Assembly: GCA_965223325.1 (NCBI GenBank)
Contig: CBDCWI010000002.1
Coordinates: forward strand, 2,208,001-2,272,000
Length of the DNA: 64,000 nt
Direction of reading: 5' to 3'
Source of the DNA: Candidatus Multivoradales bacterium
GTDB taxonomy: Bacteria; Acidobacteriota; Thermoanaerobaculia; Multivoradales; Multivoraceae
Shown here: positions 38,420 through 49,600 of the stretch, piece after piece
How positions within the stretch are numbered: position 1 is the stretch's first letter
How the letters are laid out: the number at the start of each line of letters is the position of its first letter
Translations under genes and position numbers: made by a program
The notes under the pieces: generated by a model
Databases searched by the model: none
Told to the model about the DNA's origin: nothing
The model's input: only the letters and a program-made list of their open reading frames with translations

Positions 38420-39439
38420 CTAGCCCACCTGCCAGGTGTCGCCGCCCCGCAGCAGGTCCTCGAGTTTTCCCGGACCACGGTCTTCAGCCGCCTTGATCTG
38501 CGCCAGGACGCCTGATTCATAGCTCGGGCGCTCGACCTGGCGGAAAATCCCGATCGGGACTGGGTGGGTCGGTGCCTCGAACTGCGCCATCTGAAAGGCC
38601 AGGTTGGGATTCTCGCGGCTGGTATCCCAGATCAAGAGCTCCTCCGCGCTTCTGCCACCCTCACCCACCGCGGTGACCGCGAGATCTCCATCCGGACCGA
38701 GGTGGACGCCGCGGTCGCCTTCGGCTCCGACCACCACGGGCTTCTTGTCTTCGAGATAGATGACGTTCGCCTGACGGTTCTCCTTGTCGGTGACGTTGGC
38801 AAAAGCCTTGTCGTTGAAGATGTTGCAGTTCTGGAAGATCTCGACGAACGCGGTACCTTCATGGGCCGCTGCCGCTTTCAGCACCGACTTGAGGTGAGGC
38901 TGGAAGATGTCGACCGACCGTGCAACAAACGTCGCGCCCGCACCAATTGCCAGCGAGAGTGGGTTGAAGGGATAGTCGACCGACCCCATCGGGGTTGACT
39001 TGGTGCGTTTACCGGGCTCGCTGGTCGGCGAGTACTGACCCTTCGTCAGGCCGTAGATGCGGTTGTTGAACATCAGGATCTTGAGGCCAACGTTGCGCCG
39101 CAAGGCGTGAATGAAGTGGTTGCCGCCAATCGACATCGAATCGCCGTCGCCGGTGACCACCCATACCGAAAGCTCGGGCCGCGTCATCTTGAGGCCGGTG
39201 GCGACGGCAGGTGCACGCCCGTGGATGGTATGGAAGCCGTACGTGTTCATGTAGTACGGAAAGCGGCTCGAGCACCCGATCCCCGAGATCACGACGATGT
39301 TCTCCTTCGGAATGCCGAGCTCCGGGAACACCGACTGCACCGCCGAGAGAATGGCGTAGTCACCACACCCGGGGCACCAGCGCACCTCCTGGTCCGACTG
39401 GAAGTCCTTCTTGGTGAGGGCGGGGGCTTCAGTACTCAT
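38420..39439 (-). CDS. korB: 2-oxoacid:ferredoxin oxidoreductase beta subunit
   Basis: WCPGCGD, SGIGCSSR, GDGD..NN TPP-binding motif, YGLTKGQYSPT. Confidence 0.92.
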   Translation of the reverse strand: MSTEAPALTKKDFQSDQEVRWCPGCGDYAILSAVQSVFPELGIPKENIVVISGIGCSSRFPYYMNTYGFHTIHGRAPAVATGLKMTRPELSVWVVTGDGDSMSIGGNHFIHALRRNVGLKILMFNNRIYGLTKGQYSPTSEPGKRTKSTPMGSVDYPFNPLSLAIGAGATFVARSVDIFQPHLKSVLKAAAAHEGTAFVEIFQNCNIFNDKAFANVTDKENRQANVIYLEDKKPVVVGAEGDRGVHLGPDGDLAVTAVGEGGRSAEELLIWDTSRENPNLAFQMAQFEAPTHPVPIGIFRQVERPSYESGVLAQIKAAEDRGPGKLEDLLRGGDTWQVG

Positions 39440-39484
39440 TGCAGGTCTCCGTCGGCTGGCGGCAAAAGGTCTGACGACAAGACA

Positions 39485-41359
39485 TCAGGCGAGCTCCTCG
39501 ATACGAGCAAGGATCTCGCTCTTGAAGAACGGCTTCCCCTGCACCTTCGAGTAGCTCTCGATGTTGGCGTCGAAGTCGGCACGGAGCAAAAAGGCGAGTT
39601 GGCCGAGATTCATCTCCGGCACCAGAACGGTTTCGAAGTTGCTGAGCACTTCACCGAGGTTGGTCGGGAACGGGTTGAGGTGCCGGAGATGTGCTCGGCT
39701 GACCGACAGCCCCTTCTCCTGAGCCGAGGCGACCGCCCCAGTGATGGCACCGAGCGTACTGCCCCAGCCCAGCACCAGAACCTTCCCCTTGGCCTCGCCG
39801 AACACCTCGACTTCCGGAATGTCGACCTCAATCCCCGCCACCTTGTCGGCGCGCAGTTTGACCATGTGCTCATGGTTGGCGGGATCGTAGGAGACATTGC
39901 CGGTGATGTCCTGTTTCTCGAGCCCGCCAACCCGATGCTCCAGCCCGGGAGTGCCCGGAACTGCCCAGTCGCGCGCCAGGGTCTCGGGGTTGCGACGGTA
40001 CGGCTGAAACGTTCCGTCGACGCACTCGAAGCCTGAGTGGTACTCCCGCGCCAGGTCCGGCAGGTCTTCGACCTCTGGCAGGCGCCAGGGTTCGGCGCCA
40101 TTAGCGATGTAGCCATCGGCCAGGAGCACCACCGGAACCATGTACTTGGTGGCGATCCGAGCCGCCTCGATCGCGGCGAAGAAACAATCCGAGGGTGTCG
40201 CCGCCGCCACCACCGGCAACGGCGAATCGCTGTTGCGGCCGAACATGACCTGCAGCAAGTCGGCCTGTTCGGTCTTGGTTGGCAGGCCGGTCGAAGGGCC
40301 ACCGCGTTGCATATCGATGACGATCAGAGGCAGCTCGACGATCATGCCGAGACCCATCGCCTCCCCCTTGAGCGCGATGCCGGGCCCACTCGAACAGGTC
40401 ACGCCGAGGGCGCCACCGTAGGAGGCACCGATCGCCGCACAAACCGCCGCGATCTCGTCTTCTGCTTGGAAGGTGGTGACACCGAAGTCCTTGTGCGGCG
40501 CCAGGTTGTGAAGCACCTCACTGGCTGGAGTGATCGGGTAGGCACCCAGGAAGAGCGGCAACCCGCTGCGACGGGAAGCAGCGATCAGACCCATCGCCAG
40601 CGCCTGACTGCCGTTGACGTTGCGGTAGGTACCTGCCGGCAGCTCGGCGGCTTCGATCTCGTAGCGGTTCTGGAAGACCTCGGTGATGTCGCAGAAGTTG
40701 TAGCCCGCCCTCATGACGTTGGCGTTGGCCTTGGCCAACTCTGGACGCTTCTTGAACTTGTCGTCGAGCCAGGTAATGGTCGGCTCGAGGGGGCGCTGGT
40801 ACATCCAGTAGACCATCCCGAGGGCAAAGAAGTTCTTGCAACGATCCTGCGAACGCACGTCGAGGCCGCTGTCTTCGAGCGTCCGCCGCGTCATCGTGGT
40901 CAGCTCGACTTCGTAGACGCGGTAACCGTCGAGTGAACTGCCTTCGAGAGGACTGGCCTCGTAGCCCGCCTTCATCAGGTTGCGATCGGTGAACTCGTCG
41001 GTGTTGGTGATGATGATGCCGCCCGGCTCGAGATCGGCCAGGTTGGCCTTGAGCGCAGCCGGATTCATGGCGACCAGGACCGACGGCCGGTCTCCGGGGG
41101 TGTGGATGTCATGGTCGGCAATGCGCACCTGGAACGCCGATACGCCAGGCAGCGTTCCCGCCGGGGCGCGGATCTCAGCCGGGAAGTCGGGCAGCGTAGA
41201 CAGGTCGTTGCCAATGAGCGCCGAGGTGTTGCTGAACTGAGTCCCGGTCAACTGCATGCCGTCGCCGGAGTCGCCAGCGAAGCGAATCACGACCTCGGGA
41301 AGCCGCTCGTCAGTGGTGTTACGCGACCCTTTGCCGGAACCCGCGATCGGAAGCGTCAT
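39485..41359 (-). CDS. korA: 2-oxoacid:ferredoxin oxidoreductase alpha subunit (fused gamma-alpha)
   Basis: FAGDSGDGMQLTG, YPITPAS, QAEDEIAA and QRGGPSTGLPTKTEQADL motifs. Confidence 0.92.
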   Translation of the reverse strand: MTLPIAGSGKGSRNTTDERLPEVVIRFAGDSGDGMQLTGTQFSNTSALIGNDLSTLPDFPAEIRAPAGTLPGVSAFQVRIADHDIHTPGDRPSVLVAMNPAALKANLADLEPGGIIITNTDEFTDRNLMKAGYEASPLEGSSLDGYRVYEVELTTMTRRTLEDSGLDVRSQDRCKNFFALGMVYWMYQRPLEPTITWLDDKFKKRPELAKANANVMRAGYNFCDITEVFQNRYEIEAAELPAGTYRNVNGSQALAMGLIAASRRSGLPLFLGAYPITPASEVLHNLAPHKDFGVTTFQAEDEIAAVCAAIGASYGGALGVTCSSGPGIALKGEAMGLGMIVELPLIVIDMQRGGPSTGLPTKTEQADLLQVMFGRNSDSPLPVVAAATPSDCFFAAIEAARIATKYMVPVVLLADGYIANGAEPWRLPEVEDLPDLAREYHSGFECVDGTFQPYRRNPETLARDWAVPGTPGLEHRVGGLEKQDITGNVSYDPANHEHMVKLRADKVAGIEVDIPEVEVFGEAKGKVLVLGWGSTLGAITGAVASAQEKGLSVSRAHLRHLNPFPTNLGEVLSNFETVLVPEMNLGQLAFLLRADFDANIESYSKVQGKPFFKSEILARIEELA

Positions 41360-41644
41360 GACTGGAACCCTTTCAACCTAGCAACGGATGGAGCGCCCTG
41401 GCAGGAACCGCGGGCCCTGGCGTACAAACGCCCTCGCCCCTGTCGGTCGAAGCGAGAGGCGCAAGCAACCACCCTCTGACTGAATCGTGGCTTCAGCCTA
41501 CGTCGCGACGCGATCTGAGGGAAGGGCCTTGACAGAAAAGGCGCAGGCCAGCCAAAAGCTCGAAAAACCCCACTCAGTCGAGCATCGACTCGCGCCGTTC
41601 CCCCCCTCAGGCCGACCGACCAGAAGAGATAGGCTGATAGCCCC

Positions 41645-43669
41645 ATGAAGCGTCGGCTCTCTCGTACGGCCTGGTTGATCCTCGCCGGAAGCACTGTCGC
41701 CGCCCTCTTGGCAACCGCAACGGGGGTCGATTCTCTCGCGAGCTTCGGCACGTTTCTCCTCGCTGTCATCGGTGGCAGCGCCGTCGTTCTGGGAACCGGC
41801 GCCGTCCTGCAGTGGATCCTCTGGCGAGTCGGCAGGCGGCTGGCGTTTTCCTACCTGCTGCTCGGCATGCTGCCGCTCTTGCTCATCGGGGTGATGCTGG
41901 CGGTGACTGGCTACCTGCTCTCGGGTTTCTACCTCGGGCACCTGTTTCGCGGCGCGCTCGACGGGATCGAAAACGAGCTCGCCGTCGCGACCCAGGTGGT
42001 CGCAGAGCACGGCGACTCCCTTGGCCGCGCAACCGATGACTCGAGCCTCGGTGCCGAGGCCCGCTTGCCGATGCGCTTCGTCGAATACCAAAACGGCGTG
42101 CGGAAAGGCGACGACCCCGGCGCGCCCGAGCTCTGGCCCAGCTGGCTCCTCGACCAGCGACCGTTCGAGACGTCGGTCTTGGATGAGAGCGGCAATCACC
42201 ACTTACCGGCTCTGGTCGCGCTTTCGGCCGACGACGACCCCGTTCTGGCGGCCGCTGCAAGCTCCGGGGACCGCCAGGTTCTCGGCCTGCTCGACGCAGA
42301 CCTCGAAGTCGTGTTGCGTAGTCGCTCGGGGGTCTGGACGGAGCTCTTTACCGACCCCAAGCAAAACACCCGGCTGACCCGTCTCGATCTCTTCGGCGAG
42401 ACCTTCTACGTTCTGCCACGTGAACGCAGCACCGGCACCGAAGAGCAGTGGCAGTTCCTCGAGAGCCAGGGTGGCAGTAAGCCGTGGCTCATCGGCTTCG
42501 AACTCACTGGTCCGATCCGCGATCTCAGAACCGGTGAGTCGCTCGGCGCCAATGTTTCCGCCAGCCTCACCGCCGACCGCGGGGTGATCTATCGCAGCCT
42601 CTTCTCGCGCGCGCCCGAGCTCGACGCCTTCGGCTGGGTCGCCTTCCTGTTGCCGGCGTTTCTCCTGTTCGACCTCTACCTCCTGGCGGCGCTGATGGCG
42701 ATCTACATGATCATCACCCTCAGTCGCGCCGTGAACCACCTCAGCACCGCGACCCAGTCCGTCCAGTCGGGCGACTTCGGCACTCGCATCCCGGTGACTC
42801 GAAAAGATCAGCTCGGTGCACTGCAGACCAGTTTCAACGACATGACCGCCAATCTCGAACACCTGGTTTCGGCAGCCGCCGAGAAGGAAGTGCTCGAGCG
42901 TGAGCTCGGCATCGCCCAGGACGTTCAAGAGAGCCTCCTACCCTCCCAGGTGACCGCGAGCGAACGCTACGCCCTGGCGGCCCATTTCGAGCCCAGCGCC
43001 GCTATTGCCGGCGACTACTGGGACATCGTCGAGCTGCCGGCAGAAGAAGAAGGGGATCTTCCACGACTGGCCCTGGTGGTCGCCGACGTCGCCGGTCACG
43101 GCATCGCAGCCGGCTTGCGCATGGCGATGCTCAAAGCCGGCATGCAGACCCTGGTCCAGGAGGGAAAGCCGCCCGAAGAGATCATGAGTGCCCTCGACGA
43201 TCTCGTGCGTTCGAGCGCCGGCCCGCGATCTTTCGTCACCGCGACACTGGCGCTCCTCGACTTCGACACCGCCACGCTCACTCTCACCAACGCCGGCCAC
43301 CCGCCGACCTACCTGATTAGAAGCGGCGAGCCGCGCGAGATCCTGCTGCCCGGCACGCCGCTCGGCGCCTTTGGCCACGACTTTGGTCAGGACAGTATTG
43401 ATGTTCTGCCCGACGACATCATCGTCATGCTTTCCGACGGCATCATCGAAGCGACGAACGGCGACGACGAGGCATTCGGCTATGAGCGCGTCCTCGAATC
43501 ACTGCGGGCCAGTGCACCACCGGACCAGAGCGAAAGCGGGAACAAAGCGCACAGAAAAGATGAGTTCGTCGAGATCGTGCGCGACGGTCTACTTGGCGCC
43601 GTCCACCGGCACACCGGCAACCGACCACCTGAGGACGACCGCACGCTGGTCGTCTTGCGCCTACGCTAG
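41645..43669 (+). CDS. Membrane PP2C/SpoIIE (RsbU-like) phosphatase with HAMP domain
   Basis: TM segments, HAMP (DQLGALQTSFNDM), AGDYWD, VADVAGHG, NAGH, SDGIIE and DDRT motifs. Confidence 0.9.
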   Translation: MKRRLSRTAWLILAGSTVAALLATATGVDSLASFGTFLLAVIGGSAVVLGTGAVLQWILWRVGRRLAFSYLLLGMLPLLLIGVMLAVTGYLLSGFYLGHLFRGALDGIENELAVATQVVAEHGDSLGRATDDSSLGAEARLPMRFVEYQNGVRKGDDPGAPELWPSWLLDQRPFETSVLDESGNHHLPALVALSADDDPVLAAAASSGDRQVLGLLDADLEVVLRSRSGVWTELFTDPKQNTRLTRLDLFGETFYVLPRERSTGTEEQWQFLESQGGSKPWLIGFELTGPIRDLRTGESLGANVSASLTADRGVIYRSLFSRAPELDAFGWVAFLLPAFLLFDLYLLAALMAIYMIITLSRAVNHLSTATQSVQSGDFGTRIPVTRKDQLGALQTSFNDMTANLEHLVSAAAEKEVLERELGIAQDVQESLLPSQVTASERYALAAHFEPSAAIAGDYWDIVELPAEEEGDLPRLALVVADVAGHGIAAGLRMAMLKAGMQTLVQEGKPPEEIMSALDDLVRSSAGPRSFVTATLALLDFDTATLTLTNAGHPPTYLIRSGEPREILLPGTPLGAFGHDFGQDSIDVLPDDIIVMLSDGIIEATNGDDEAFGYERVLESLRASAPPDQSESGNKAHRKDEFVEIVRDGLLGAVHRHTGNRPPEDDRTLVVLRLR

Positions 43670-44430
43670 CCCGAGGAAGCGGGTGCGCCCACCGCCGGCT
43701 CGAAACCGAGGTAGCCGAGAATACGCGCGACGTAACCTTGCGTCTCTCGGTACGGTGGGATGCCGTCGTAGCGATCGACTGCACCCTCGCCGGCGTTGTA
43801 CCCGGCCAACACCAGCGGCAAGTCGCCGTCGAAACGACCGATGAGCCACTTGACGTAGCTGGCGCCCGCCTCGAGGTTACGCGCCGGCTCGAAGAGTTCA
43901 CTCTGGTCGACACCGAAGCGCGCCGCCGTTGCCGGCATCAACTGCATCAGCCCGCGCGCCCCTTTAACCGACACGGCCTCCTTGTCCCAGGCTGACTCCG
44001 CGCGAGTCATCGCGGCAATCAGCTCCGGGTTGAGGCCATGGCGCTTCGCGGTCTCGTAGATCAACTCGCCGTAGGGAACCGGAGGTACCGGATGTTCGTC
44101 CCGGAAGGCGAGGTCGAGCGAAAAGCTGCCCTGGACCTGCTCCGGGGGTCGTACGATCTCGTCGTCGACGATTCGCTCGATGCGCCCCAGCGGTAGCGTC
44201 AGGCGACCGCCACCGCGCAGATCGAGGCGCATGCGCTCGCCGTCGAGCGCAAAGGAGTCGATGTGCAAGACGTCGCCGGTCACCAAAACGGCGATCTCGG
44301 CCGACAGCGGTGCCATCGCCAACACGACGAGGGCAACCATGGCCGACACAGCCAACATGAGAAACGAACCACGGGACCGGGTGGCCGGGCGTGATCTACG
44401 GTAGGAGTTGACGTTCAAGGCGCGAGTCAC
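43666..44430 (-). CDS. Soluble lytic transglycosylase (SLT domain)
   Basis: AES, GARGLMQLMPATA, LAGYNAGEG and PPYRETQGYV motifs. Confidence 0.92.
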   Translation of the reverse strand: MTRALNVNSYRRSRPATRSRGSFLMLAVSAMVALVVLAMAPLSAEIAVLVTGDVLHIDSFALDGERMRLDLRGGGRLTLPLGRIERIVDDEIVRPPEQVQGSFSLDLAFRDEHPVPPVPYGELIYETAKRHGLNPELIAAMTRAESAWDKEAVSVKGARGLMQLMPATAARFGVDQSELFEPARNLEAGASYVKWLIGRFDGDLPLVLAGYNAGEGAVDRYDGIPPYRETQGYVARILGYLGFEPAVGAPASSG

Positions 44431-44470
44431 TGGCGGATCTGCGAGGCCCCCCGCGAGGGATTGCCTACGA

Positions 44471-45340
44471 CTACTGTGTACGGGCGCCGATAGCCTGCCG
44501 TCTATATTCGGCCGGCGCCTCGAAATCGCCGGCGGAGAAGGTCGCCTCCTCGAACGACTCGACGAGGTCTTCGCTCTTGATCGAACCCTCGTCGTAGCGC
44601 CGGGTCATGACCGGGAAACCGCTGACCTCGTCGGTCGCCAGGGGCCCGAACGAGCCAGAATCGAAAAGTGACTCGGCCAGCCCTGCAAAGGGACCGCTGG
44701 CGCTGGCCTGGAACGCCTCCATCATCTGGCTTGCAAACTCGCGCATCTCCGCGAAGGCGGTGCGCAAATCGCCGCCGCGATCTATGGCGTCGAACTCCAC
44801 CGTGCAGGTTTCGGTGCGATCACCGTCCGAGGAGGTGATCTCAAAGAGCTGGCAATCGTAGCCGCCGAATTCGGCGGAACCCTTCCTGGCCACCGTGCGC
44901 TCGGCGCCGTCCTGCTGTACTCCCGCCTTCTCCATTTGCTTCTTGAGCATCTCTTCCATCATCGCGCGCTGACTCTCGGGCACATTGGCCAGTGCCGCCT
45001 CCATCTGCTTCATCGCGGCAGAGATCTGCCCAGTGAGCTCGGCAATCGACTCATCGTCGAGAACCATGACGGTTCGGTCCTGGTGGTCGATGACCAGCAT
45101 CTCGTCGGTGTCGCCGTAGAAGATGACGTCTCTGGTGCCCGAAGCATCTCCCAGCTTCATGCGCAGGCGCGTTCCCTCGATCATCATCTCTTGCGTGGTG
45201 ACCTCGGGTTCACTGCCGGAGCCATGCCAGGTACTTTTCATCTTGACGCGGGTTCCGGCACTCGCCGGTAACGCCAGAACGACCAGCAACACGAGGGCCA
45301 GGAGCGATACGGAAAGTCTGGGGAAAGTCGATGGGCGCAT
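44471..45340 (-). CDS. Secreted hypothetical protein (DUF4412-like)
   Basis: Signal peptide ending ASA-G; beta-rich N-terminus, helical insert, GGYDCQLF and FEAPAEY tail. Confidence 0.6.
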   Translation of the reverse strand: MRPSTFPRLSVSLLALVLLVVLALPASAGTRVKMKSTWHGSGSEPEVTTQEMMIEGTRLRMKLGDASGTRDVIFYGDTDEMLVIDHQDRTVMVLDDESIAELTGQISAAMKQMEAALANVPESQRAMMEEMLKKQMEKAGVQQDGAERTVARKGSAEFGGYDCQLFEITSSDGDRTETCTVEFDAIDRGGDLRTAFAEMREFASQMMEAFQASASGPFAGLAESLFDSGSFGPLATDEVSGFPVMTRRYDEGSIKSEDLVESFEEATFSAGDFEAPAEYRRQAIGARTQ

Positions 45341-45475
45341 GAGCAGTACTCCAGCGATGTTGGTGGGAGGGAGAAGGTGCCCGAGCGGGCGAACTGGGGG
45401 GAGCGCACAGGTCCAGCAGGGGGCCGCTGGTCGCCTGGGTTGGCCACCTCTACGATAGCAAGGCGCCGACGGCAT

Positions 45476-46405
<930 letters not shown>

Positions 46406-46474
46406 GCGCAATAAGGATAGTCCGCAGAGCGAAACCGTACTGCTCGTCGCACCTGAAGCGCTAGCCTCGGACCG

Positions 46475-48403
46475 ATGGGGATCGACGCCACACCCTCCGA
46501 CCAACCGAGGCGCCCTACGACCGAGGCCGTCTTCGTTGGCCTCGCTCTCGTGGGCATGGTGCTTGGCCTCCTCGGAGATCACCTCGGCTTGCCTTGGCTG
46601 CGCTGGGCAGGCTACGGCACCTCCTACATTCTTGGGGGGTGGTTCGGGCTGCGCGCCGGCCTCTCTTCGCTCTTCTCGTTGCACGTCGACATCGACCTGT
46701 TGATGATTCTCGCTGCGCTCGGGGCGCTCATCATCGGTGCTCCCTTCGAAGGTGCGATGCTGCTCTTTCTGTTCTCGCTCTCGAACGTGCTCCAGGATCT
46801 TGCGATCGGAAAGTCGCGCTCTGCGATCCAGGCGCTCTTGAAGCTGCGGCCGGAGACGGCGCGAGTCCAAGTCGGCGGTACCTGGCAGGACACCCCGATC
46901 GCCGGCATCGAGAAGGGGGCGGTGTTTCTGGTCACCCCGGGCGACCGTCTACCCCTCGACGGTGACATCAGGCGCGGAACCAGCAAGGTAGATCAGGCGT
47001 CCCTCACCGGGGAGTCGGCCCCGGTTGCAAAGGCCGTCGGGGATCCGGTGTTCGCCGGCACCATCAACCTCGACGGCGCTCTCGAGGTCGAGGTGACGAA
47101 ACGAGCCGACGAGTCGGCACTGGCGCGCATGATCGACCTGGTTGAAGAGGCCCAGGGCGAGAAGGCCGCGACCCAACGCCTGATCGACCGCTTCGAACAA
47201 CCGTATGCTCTGGGGGTCATCGCCATGACGGCCCTCGCAATCACCGTTCCTGTTCTGTTTTGGGGAGAGGCTTTCAACGTCGCGTTCTATCGCGCCATGA
47301 CCCTGATGGTCGCGGCCAGCCCCTGCGCCCTGGTGATTTCAACTCCCGCAGCGGTTTTGAGTGCGATCGCGGCGGCAGCGGCGAGTGGCGTGCTCTGGAA
47401 GGGCGGCGTGCACGTCGAAGAGGCGGCCACAATCCAAGCGATCGCCTTCGACAAGACGGGAACGCTGACCGCTGGCCGCTCACAGCTGCAAGGCCTGGAA
47501 GCTCTGGCGGGCGCTTCCGAGGACGAGGTTCTCGGGTTGGCGGCGGCGGTTCAAGCGCGCAGCGAGCATCACCTCGCGCACGCCACCCTGGAGGCGGCCA
47601 GCGAGCGCGGTCTCGAAGTCGCCACCGCCACCGCATTCCACGCCGAGGTCGGCCGCGGAGTGCGCGCCCGGGTCGACGGCGCGACGGTTCACGTGGGCAA
47701 CCCGCGCTACTTTGCTGATCTCGCGACAGAAGGACTCGAAAGAGCCCAGCGACGGGTCGATGAGCTTCAACAGTCAGGCAAGACAGCCATCATGGTGGCG
47801 CGTGAGGACGACGCTACGGCCAAGGCGCCTGTCCTGGTCATCGGGGTCATGGCCTTCGCCGACACCTTGCGTCCCGAAGCGCCGGCGGTGATCTCTCGCC
47901 TACGGGAGATCGGAATCCAACACATCGTAATGTTGACCGGCGACAACGCGGGCGTCGGAGAAGCGATCGGCAACCAGGCCGGGGTCGACGAGGTCAGAGC
48001 CGAACTGATGCCGCAAGACAAGGTCACCCTGGTTCGCGATCTCGAACAGCGCTACGGCGCCGTCGCCATGGTGGGCGACGGGGTCAACGACGCACCGGCC
48101 CTGGCGACTGCGACCCTTGGGATCGCCATGGGCGGTGCCGGCACCGACGTCGCGCTCGAGACCGCCGACGTGGTCCTCATGTCTGACGACCTCCGCAAGA
48201 TCCCCTATGCCCTCAGCCTGGGACGCCGAGCTCGCCGGACGTTGATCGCTAACCTCTTGATTTCACTGGGGATGATCGTGGTCATGGTGACCTCGATCGT
48301 GACCGTCGGGCTGGCGTTGCCGCTGGCGGTCGTTGGCCATGAGGGCAGCACCGTCCTGGTGTCGCTGAACGGTCTGAGGCTCCTGGCCGCCCGTGACCGG
48401 TAG
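46475..48403 (+). CDS. Heavy-metal P-type ATPase, P1B-4 subtype (Co/Zn/Fe)
   Basis: TGES, SPC in the metal-binding helix, DKTGT, GDGVNDAPAL and HEGST; no N-terminal metal-binding domain. Confidence 0.9.
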   Translation: MGIDATPSDQPRRPTTEAVFVGLALVGMVLGLLGDHLGLPWLRWAGYGTSYILGGWFGLRAGLSSLFSLHVDIDLLMILAALGALIIGAPFEGAMLLFLFSLSNVLQDLAIGKSRSAIQALLKLRPETARVQVGGTWQDTPIAGIEKGAVFLVTPGDRLPLDGDIRRGTSKVDQASLTGESAPVAKAVGDPVFAGTINLDGALEVEVTKRADESALARMIDLVEEAQGEKAATQRLIDRFEQPYALGVIAMTALAITVPVLFWGEAFNVAFYRAMTLMVAASPCALVISTPAAVLSAIAAAAASGVLWKGGVHVEEAATIQAIAFDKTGTLTAGRSQLQGLEALAGASEDEVLGLAAAVQARSEHHLAHATLEAASERGLEVATATAFHAEVGRGVRARVDGATVHVGNPRYFADLATEGLERAQRRVDELQQSGKTAIMVAREDDATAKAPVLVIGVMAFADTLRPEAPAVISRLREIGIQHIVMLTGDNAGVGEAIGNQAGVDEVRAELMPQDKVTLVRDLEQRYGAVAMVGDGVNDAPALATATLGIAMGGAGTDVALETADVVLMSDDLRKIPYALSLGRRARRTLIANLLISLGMIVVMVTSIVTVGLALPLAVVGHEGSTVLVSLNGLRLLAARDR

Positions 48404-48518
48404 GAGCCCGTGGTGCAACACAGCATATCCACATGTCTATTCGCGACCGCAACCGGGCGTGCGCTAGAGTCAGGGGTCCTCGCAGAGCCCTTTTTATGGA
48501 ATTGATTCCTGAGGTCCG

Positions 48519-49304
48519 TTGATGCAACTCGCCCTGGTGAGCGCCAAGGGAGGCGTCGGAAAAACAACGACCGCCGTGAACCTGGCCGCCGCTCTCGCAG
48601 CCAAGGGTCGCCGATCTCTCGTCATCGATCTCGACCCACAGGGGTCGGCCTCGCTTCACCTGGGTGTCAAGCGCTCCGACTTCGCACCTTCGATCGCTGA
48701 TGTGCTGCTTGCTCGCCGCGAGATTCGCGATGTCATCCGTTCGACTGGCAACGAGATGCTCGACATCGCCACTTCCTCGGTCGACCTGCTCGACGCCGCC
48801 GAAGACGGCAAGAACTGGCGCCAACCCGACCGTCGCCTGTCGGTGGCCATCGAGGGTATTCGGTCGCTCTACGACTACATCATGATCGACTGCCCGTCGG
48901 GGTTCAACGCCCTGAGCCGCAACGCCATCGTCGCCGCGAGCCACTTCTTGATTCCGACCCCGCCGCAGTACCTGTGTTGGGAGGGCGTGCGAAACGTCAT
49001 CCAGCGCTGTCACCGCGTGGCGCACCGCTCCGGCCACCGCAACGAGCTGCTCGGGGTGCTCTTGTCGATGGTCGACGGCCGCGCTGGCTACCTGCGTGAC
49101 AACGCCGCCAACCTACGCCAGATTTTCGGCCAGGACCTGCTCGACAGCGAGGTGCGTACCAACGTCAAGCTCACCCAGGCAGCCGAGCTCGGGCGCCCTG
49201 TTCTAGCCACCGCTCCGTGGTCGACCGGCTCGCTCGCCTTCCGGGCGCTGGCCGAGGAAGTCGTTCTCCGCCAGGAAATGACCGAGGCCTACCCCGCCGC
49301 CTAG
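48519..49304 (+). CDS. ParA/Soj-family ATPase (orphan)
   Basis: KGGVGKTT deviant Walker A, IDLDPQG and IDCP motifs; no adjacent parB. Confidence 0.88.
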   Translation: MMQLALVSAKGGVGKTTTAVNLAAALAAKGRRSLVIDLDPQGSASLHLGVKRSDFAPSIADVLLARREIRDVIRSTGNEMLDIATSSVDLLDAAEDGKNWRQPDRRLSVAIEGIRSLYDYIMIDCPSGFNALSRNAIVAASHFLIPTPPQYLCWEGVRNVIQRCHRVAHRSGHRNELLGVLLSMVDGRAGYLRDNAANLRQIFGQDLLDSEVRTNVKLTQAAELGRPVLATAPWSTGSLAFRALAEEVVLRQEMTEAYPAA

Positions 49305-49346
49305 CGGAGCCAGAGAGTGCCTGCCACGACTCGAGTCGAGTTCGGA

Positions 49347-49368
49347 GCCTCGAGAGGCCTTTTTGTTT
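49347..49368 (+). terminator. Possible intrinsic terminator after parA
   Basis: Short hairpin GCCT-CGAG-AGGC followed by CTTTTTGTTT. Confidence 0.35.
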
Positions 49369-49430
49369 CGAATGAAGAAGGGTTGGCAGACGTACACCTG
49401 AGCCTATGGACGAGGCGCCGGAAACAGCGG

Positions 49431-49456
49431 TGAAACGAGGGCCTCATGCTATCGTC
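49431..49456 (+). promoter_or_regulatory. ECF-sigma-type promoter of the pspA operon
   Basis: TGAAAC-N16-CGTC, matching the Bacillus SigM/SigW-type consensus, about 145 bp upstream of pspA. Confidence 0.55.
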
Positions 49457-49600
49457 AGTTTCTATTATTTCTGCACCCTTCCACCCGTTTCGGCCTGCAG
49501 GTTCACCTCCATGCGACGCCGTTGTCGCCCTGCCGCATTCCACAACCTGGTCGAAGAAGAGCCGGCTGCGAGCCTGGCTGAACTCGAGGAGTAGTCGCTG

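Noticed and set aside
48404-48518. Riboswitch or terminator between the P-type ATPase and parA
   Set aside because: Only a weak bulged hairpin before TTTTT; no riboswitch consensus recognised.
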